NCBI GenBank assembly: GCA_963710335.1
Contig: CAVQAA010000005.1
Span: 61,004 to 125,003, forward strand
Length of the DNA stretch: 64,000 nt
From: an uncultured Spirochaetota bacterium
GTDB lineage: Bacteria; Spirochaetota; Spirochaetia; SZUA-6; Fen-1364
Direction of reading: 5' to 3'
The translations under genes and the position numbers were made by a program. Shown here in pieces: positions 62,854 to 64,000 of this stretch. Within the stretch, counting starts at the first letter, position 1, and the number at the start of each line of letters is the position of its first letter. A model generated the notes under the pieces. The model was given only the letters and a program-made list of their open reading frames with translations. It was not told the DNA's origin and did no database searches.

Positions 62854-64000
62854 TCAGGAATCCAGGATGCGCCGTATTTCCTTCTCCACCGCTTCGATCT
62901 CATAGGGCTTCCTGATTATTCCCAGGGCCCCGGTGGAAAGAAGGTCCTCGGTTTTATCGTCAATTCCGTAGCCCGTTGCAAAAAGCGCCTTGACTCCGGG
63001 GTCCAGCTCCCTCAGCCTCAGGTACGTCTCCCGCCCGCCCAGCCTCGGCATGACCAGATCGATGAGCATCAGGTCCACGCCGTTGGAATGGCTCTGGAAC
63101 TTCTCAAGCGCCTCTATCCCGTCTGCCGCCTCGATGACCGTGTACCCACGCTCGCCCAGGGTCACCCGCACCAGGTTGCGCAGGTCCACTTCGTCGTCGA
63201 CGATCATGATCGTCTCATGTCCGCGGACGGTCTCCATGCCCTCCGCAGGCACCGAGGCGGCGATCTGAACAACTTCCGTGATGGGAAACAGAACCTCGAA
63301 CGTGGTCCCCTGCCCCAGGGTGCTGGAAACCTGGATGCGGCCTCCATGCCTTTGCACGATTCCATAGACGATGGACAGGCCCAGCCCCGTTCCCTTGCCG
63401 GGGCCCTTGGTGGTAAAGAAAGGATCGAAAATCCGTGGAAGAATGTCCGCGGCGATGCCGCTCCCCGTGTCGCTGACCTCCAGGAGGATGTGCCGCTTTT
63501 CCGCCTGCCCGGAGACCGCGCCATCCCCGGGCCCGAAGCTCTCTTTGAGCCGTGTCTTCAGGCTGAGCGCACCGCCGCCGGGCATCGCGTCTCCGGCGTT
63601 GACGCACAGGTTCATCAACATCTGGTGGATCTGGCCGTGGTCCCCCATGACGGCCGGCAGCTCCGGCTGGCAGTCAGTCCTGATTTCGATGGAGAGATCC
63701 ATGCTGCGGCGCAGGAGCTGGACGGTCTCCTGGACGATGTCGTTTATTCGAACAGGCTTGCGGTCCACAATGCCTTCCCGGGCGAAGGAAAGAAGACGCC
63801 GCGTCAGGTCCGTTGCCCTGTGCATGCTGGCCTCGACGATCTGCAGGTGGGACCTGATTGAATCCGGATCCGCTATGTCCTCACGGATGAGCTTCGCGTA
63901 GCCGATGGCCGCAGTCAGAATATTGTTGAAGTCATGGGCAATCCCGCCCGCCATTGTGCCGACGCTTTCCATCTTCTGGGCCTGGAGCAGCTGACGCTGC
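62854..64000 (-). CDS. hybrid sensor histidine kinase/response regulator, 3' portion (continues beyond window end)
   Basis: The frame is open to 64000. Contains the H-box GGIAHDFNN, the N-box [11 protein letters not shown]-boxes DTGSGI and GTGLGLS, and a C-terminal receiver domain (IMIVDDE...[10 protein letters not shown]...ALFATGYG). Confidence 0.88.
   Translation of the reverse strand, partial: QRQLLQAQKMESVGTMAGGIAHDFNNILTAAIGYAKLIREDIADPDSIRSHLQIVEASMHRATDLTRRLLSFAREGIVDRKPVRINDIVQETVQLLRRSMDLSIEIRTDCQPELPAVMGDHGQIHQMLMNLCVNAGDAMPGGGALSLKTRLKESFGPGDGAVSGQAEKRHILLEVSDTGSGIAADILPRIFDPFFTTKGPGKGTGLGLSIVYGIVQRHGGRIQVSSTLGQGTTFEVLFPITEVVQIAASVPAEGMETVRGHETIMIVDDEVDLRNLVRVTLGERGYTVIEAADGIEALEKFQSHSNGVDLMLIDLVMPRLGGRETYLRLRELDPGVKALFATGYGIDDKTEDLLSTGALGIIRKPYEIEAVEKEIRRILDS

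Noticed and set aside
1-64000. Mobile elements, CRISPR arrays, toxin-antitoxin pairs, and long direct or inverted repeats
   Set aside because: I recognised no transposase, integrase or Cas-like ORFs, no regularly spaced repeats, and no small paired ORFs. The intergenic space is minimal throughout. A computational repeat search was not possible here.

Overview
This is a high-GC, densely coding bacterial chromosomal window with about 60 protein genes and one tRNA. I saw no rRNA, CRISPR array, transposase, integrase or obvious prophage.

Gene content from left to right:
- A sugar ABC/isomerase operon (1-2813).
- A TetR-centred divergon (2878-15006). It combines a Liv-type ABC importer with an SCP-x-type thiolase, an alpha/beta hydrolase, an SDR, two KASIII (FabH)-like proteins with altered catalytic triads, and a CoA-transferase.
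- A signalling island (15161-19398). It holds an orphan 313-aa protein, a 6-TM PP2C phosphatase fused to a kinase-like ATPase domain, a STAS partner, and a convergent class III nucleotide cyclase.
- An initiator-type tRNA-Met with a near-consensus promoter.
- A polar amino-acid ABC operon.
- A chain of overlapping genes: recO-thpR-pdp-recJ-M23 peptidase-rpsU.
- A phospholipase C/AcpA-type lipoprotein, a second M23 peptidase, lon, tsaC and an FtsB-like gene.
- A putative sigma-28-driven operon: hyper-acidic protein, GAF-like protein and two Maf (DUF115) paralogues.
- A lone Memo-type gene and a degenerate GGDEF protein.
- A panB...panE block that encloses an S58 aminopeptidase, a second Liv-type ABC importer and an M20 amidohydrolase.
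- rnz, an M16 protease, epmA-efp, an MFS transporter, a LeuA-like synthase, CapA, a lipoprotein and a partial hybrid histidine kinase.

Two housekeeping genes (pdp and tsaC) each carry a single-base frameshift in a short G/C run.

The best candidates for undescribed biology are the KASIII/thiolase/ABC divergon, the fused phosphatase/kinase-like partner-switch island, and the sigma-28/acidic-protein/Maf operon.

All functional calls rest on motif recognition by eye in the supplied translations. No database search was run.
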